In this document: piece after piece, positions 60,478 to 64,000 of the stretch | Numbering within the stretch: the stretch's first letter is position 1 | Layout of the letters: every line of letters begins with the position of its first letter | Assembly (NCBI GenBank): GCA_030704615.1 | Contig: CM060731.1 | Location: forward strand, 35,092,001-35,156,000 | DNA length: 64,000 nucleotides | DNA from: Takakia lepidozioides | Taxonomy: Eukaryota > Plantae > Bryophyta | Reading direction: 5' to 3' | Notes under the pieces: model-generated | Database searches by the model: none | Told to the model about the DNA's origin: nothing | What the model saw: the letters and a program-made list of their open reading frames with translations, nothing else | Translations under genes and position numbers: made by a program

Positions 60478-62090
60478 TTTGAGAAAGCTGTTTGGATCAG
60501 CAAAACCTAAGCTGATGTCAGTAGAGGAGCGCCCCCAAAGGCTGGATTCCAGGAAGTGAAGAAGGTCCTTGAAACAGTAGAGCCGATCCAAAAGGGGTTG
60601 ATACCATTGGTGCAATCTCCTCCGGAAACTCAGGTCCCAGAGTGCCATGAGGAGTTCTATGATGCAATAATGGCAGATTGCTACAATGCCCTGGCTGAGC
60701 ACAAAATAAAAAGCATACTAATGCAATCAAGGAGGTTTTGTTGATTGACATCCATGGAGATATAGGCCATTCAAATTACTATATTCACCAAATGGGATAT
60801 GATGACCTGAGCAGGAGAACAGCAAGAAGCCACAGAAGAGGCACTGGTCATTACAAATTCCAGGGCATCTGTGTAAAAGGGGGGCTTGTATCTGTAAACT
60901 TCACACCGTACTGTGGGGAGGGGCCTGGTAGAAGGAAGAAGACCTGAAGATCTGATTAGGACCAATTTGCAATCCAGTTGCAGTGAGTTGAATGGTGATT
61001 GATGGGATGGCATTGACATCATACCATAAAGTGGTTCCTTGATGTCATTATTGATGAACAGAAGTAACACATGAGGGTGTTGTTGCACTGCCCAGTGAGT
61101 GACAAAGTGCAGAAGAGATCTAGAGAGCCGAGGGAGGAAGAACAGAAGGGGACAAGAGCCCCCTGCCGAGAGCTCTCAACAACAAGCTTTTACTTAACCA
61201 TAAAGCTGAAACTAAGAAGTACCGCAAAATTTGCACATGGTGAACGCAGCGTCGAATAGAGCGGACGACATAGAGCTGTGAGCTGTTGGGTTGGATTTCA
61301 TGGACTTGTCGCAGCTGCAACCCAGTGATGTCACTTCAATACAGCATTTTTTCTTCCGCTCTCCTCCATTACGAGCAACCAAGAGCCTTCAGCATTACAG
61401 AAAGAAGATGAGGAACCATGAGCGTAGCAATCAAGTACAGGAGAGGTCTTTTAAATGCGGTGAAGTGAACAACAAGCACTAAGCAAGATCGTGAATGTGG
61501 TGAAATGGCTGACTGGAAAAGGAAGGTTTATGAATGTAGCGTAAGAAAGAAAGGGGGTACAAAAGATTGAAACTTCAGATGAAACAGAGTCAGATTCACA
61601 CTTTGACTGTAAGAGACAGAAGAGACAGCCTCACAAACTGAGAGGGAGACTACCAGAGTCTGAAAACAGTGAGCCTTCAGAGCAACATAATTTGATGAGC
61701 GTACGAATAATTCTGTCGGTAACATGCTAACGAAGACAAAAGTGAGAAGGAGATGCGGGATTGGCCTGCGAACCTCAAAACTAGCAGAAGTCTTCACAAA
61801 TTGGTGCCTTCGCTATGCTAGGCTATGACGTCGAGGTCAAAAAAATGGAGAGTGCTACCAAATAGAAGCTCCAATGCAAGATGGACAGCAATGCCCTCAA
61901 CCTTGAATTCATCTCATCGAAAGCTTAAGGAAGGGATGCCAAACTCACCCCGAACAGCCACATTGGCTGTTCTGGAGCATGCGGACATGCACTCTTTAAG
62001 CACCCCCACTTGAATGGATTCTAGAAACTTAGCCTGGTTGGAGTTATCAACCCATATTGCAGATGCGTACTCCAAGACAGGTCTAACAAG
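60478..62090. repeat. Further, more diverged copy of the module (unknown gene fragment, spacer, LINE fragment)
   Basis: Aligns to 15545-16910 and 41742-42400. Confidence 0.88.
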
Positions 62091-62104
62091 GAGAGAGAGA
62101 AATT

Positions 62105-64000
62105 GTACTCATAAGACGTTGTTTGCCGTAGCCTTGTGGCCATTGACCCCGCGCCCAGTTTGAGCGGGAACAAAAGGGACAGAACCTACCTCTGTCAGGG
62201 GCTGACGTTGGTAGTGTGACTTACCATCATCTATAGAATTAATCCGGGTTTTCCAGATATCCTCTAGAAATCCCTTCACACAAGCATCAATCTGCGGTGT
62301 GTGATTTGCCCAAAAACTAGGCCTCAGGAGGGCTTGGGCTTTTGGCTCAGCCTCGAGACTTTCAAAGTTGTTAAACAGGGTACAGGCACAATTCCCTTGA
62401 TAGAATTGAAGAGAGCGTCTCTTTGGTGAGAGAACCCCGGACAGTGTATCAGAAAGTGAATACTGTCTTCAGATTGCCCACACAGCGGGCAATTGCACCC
62501 TCCCTTTCCTCTCTGCTTCTGTTTGCTGTTCAAAGGTAGGCTTCCTGCCCTGAGTTTAAATTTCAGTCTAGTGCCGAGAGTGGGTAGACCCTTGAGGTCA
62601 TCCAAGATGTCCTCCCCCATGTCACTGACTGGAAACAAGTTCAGGGAAGTTTTCTGCCGAACTTCATTTTCATCAGACAATCTCATGGCAACAGACATGG
62701 CTGAGGACACTACAGCCTCTAAGTCAGATTTATCCAGCAGGGTCAAGACTTGCGGATCCAGGTCCAGGTCCTTGAGAATCTCTTCTACTCTCTTCTGCCA
62801 GGACTTAGCCTGTTTGACAGGGCGGTCCTGTTTCCAAGATATAGAGTCGATTAACTTAGGATATCTGGTGTTGGGCATATGTTGCAGCTGACCCCACCTG
62901 ACCTTGAATTCTTCTCGTCGGGAGCTTAAGGACGGAATGCCAAACTCACCCCGAACAGCCACATTGGCTGTTTTGGAGCATGCTGACATACACTCCTTAA
63001 GCACCCCCGCTTGAATGGATTCTAGAGACTTAGCCTGGTTGGAGTTATCAACCCATATAGCAGATCCGTACTCCAAGGCAGGTCTAATAACACGACAAAG
63101 CATGGTTTTCTTAACCTCAGAGTTGACCCTTCTGCAGTGGAAAAATTTAGTGAGCCCCAGAGCTTTGCCCTTGCCAGTTTGAACAACTTTCCGGATATGT
63201 GCATCCCAATTACAATTGGAGGAAAACTCAACGCCCAGGTAAGTGTAGGAAGGGAGGACCGGGATCTCTTGGCTACCCCACTGCCACTTAAGATCACTTC
63301 CTCCCTCTCCTCTGTCGTTGAATGCTACCACTGCACATTTGCTGACATTAGCCTCTAGCCCCCAAAGATCAAAGTATCTCTTCGCACAATCAATCAACTC
63401 CTGGAGATTGGTTGGAGTCTCCCCTATGCCTGCGAAGTCATCCGCAAACATAAGGGCTGGAGTGGTATCACCCACCCTTAACCCAAATCCCTCACTTTCC
63501 ACATCCTCGAGGAGTTGATTGATGAAAACATTGACGAGCAGAGGGGAGAGAGTACATCCTTGAGCTACACCTTGGTCTATGTCAAAGAAGTTGGACTTCT
63601 GTCCGTTAACGGTGACACAGCTTTTGGTGTGAGCATACAAGTTGTGGACAACTCTCCACATCTTTCCCTTGATCCCACAAGACCAGAGGCGGAACCATAG
63701 GCCATCTCTCCACACTGTGTCATAAGCCTTTTTGACATTCAGGAAAAACACATAGGTGGGTTTCCCTTCTTTTTTCCTTCCCTGGATAATCTGGCTTAGA
63801 GTGAAGATATGATCCACACAGCCCTTGTTTCGCCGAAAGCCAGCTTGGCCTTCGTGGAAACAACCTCTAGACTCCAGATCAACCTCGAGACGAGTACTTA
63901 TAACTCTGCAGAATGTCTTGCCAACAGCATTGAGGAGCGTGATGCCACGGTAGTTCCCCGGTTCTTCTCTGTCACCCTTCTTGTATAGATTGACAATGAC
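62105..64000 (-). mobile_element. RTEX-like LINE; RT ORF open from the window edge to 62324, plus 3' UTR
   Basis: KKGD..NYRGITL, QAGFR, FLNVKKAYD (catalytic D to N), [43 protein letters not shown]. Confidence 0.92.

Overview
Eukaryotic nuclear DNA, most likely from a non-seed land plant (inferred from spliceosomal introns, a microbial-type terpene synthase, PLS-DYW PPR genes and a PHD-bearing Ty3 integrase). 1-9.3 kb is ordinary: a head-to-head pair of a 5-exon coiled-coil/membrane protein gene (-) and a 7-exon mitochondrial NAD-isocitrate dehydrogenase (+) with one GC-AG intron. The rest is a rearranged accessory region. It has one intact, intronless, plastid-targeted microbial terpene synthase-like (MTPSL) gene (44426-43140), a pseudogene copy and a 125-bp remnant, all within a duplicated module. 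About 22 kb (17.8-40.0 kb) is a both-strand patchwork of near-identical PLS-class PPR triplets and E/DYW pieces with no intact ORF and with recurring junctions. Also present: Copia, Gypsy, L1-like and RTEX-like retroelements, an array of nine helically phased palindromes beside a probable DNA-transposon ORF, captured host fragments (RDR, NFD4-like MFS), and a decayed gene resembling phage T7 gp2.5/large-DNA-virus ssDNA-binding proteins. All family assignments come from motif recognition by eye; no searches were run.
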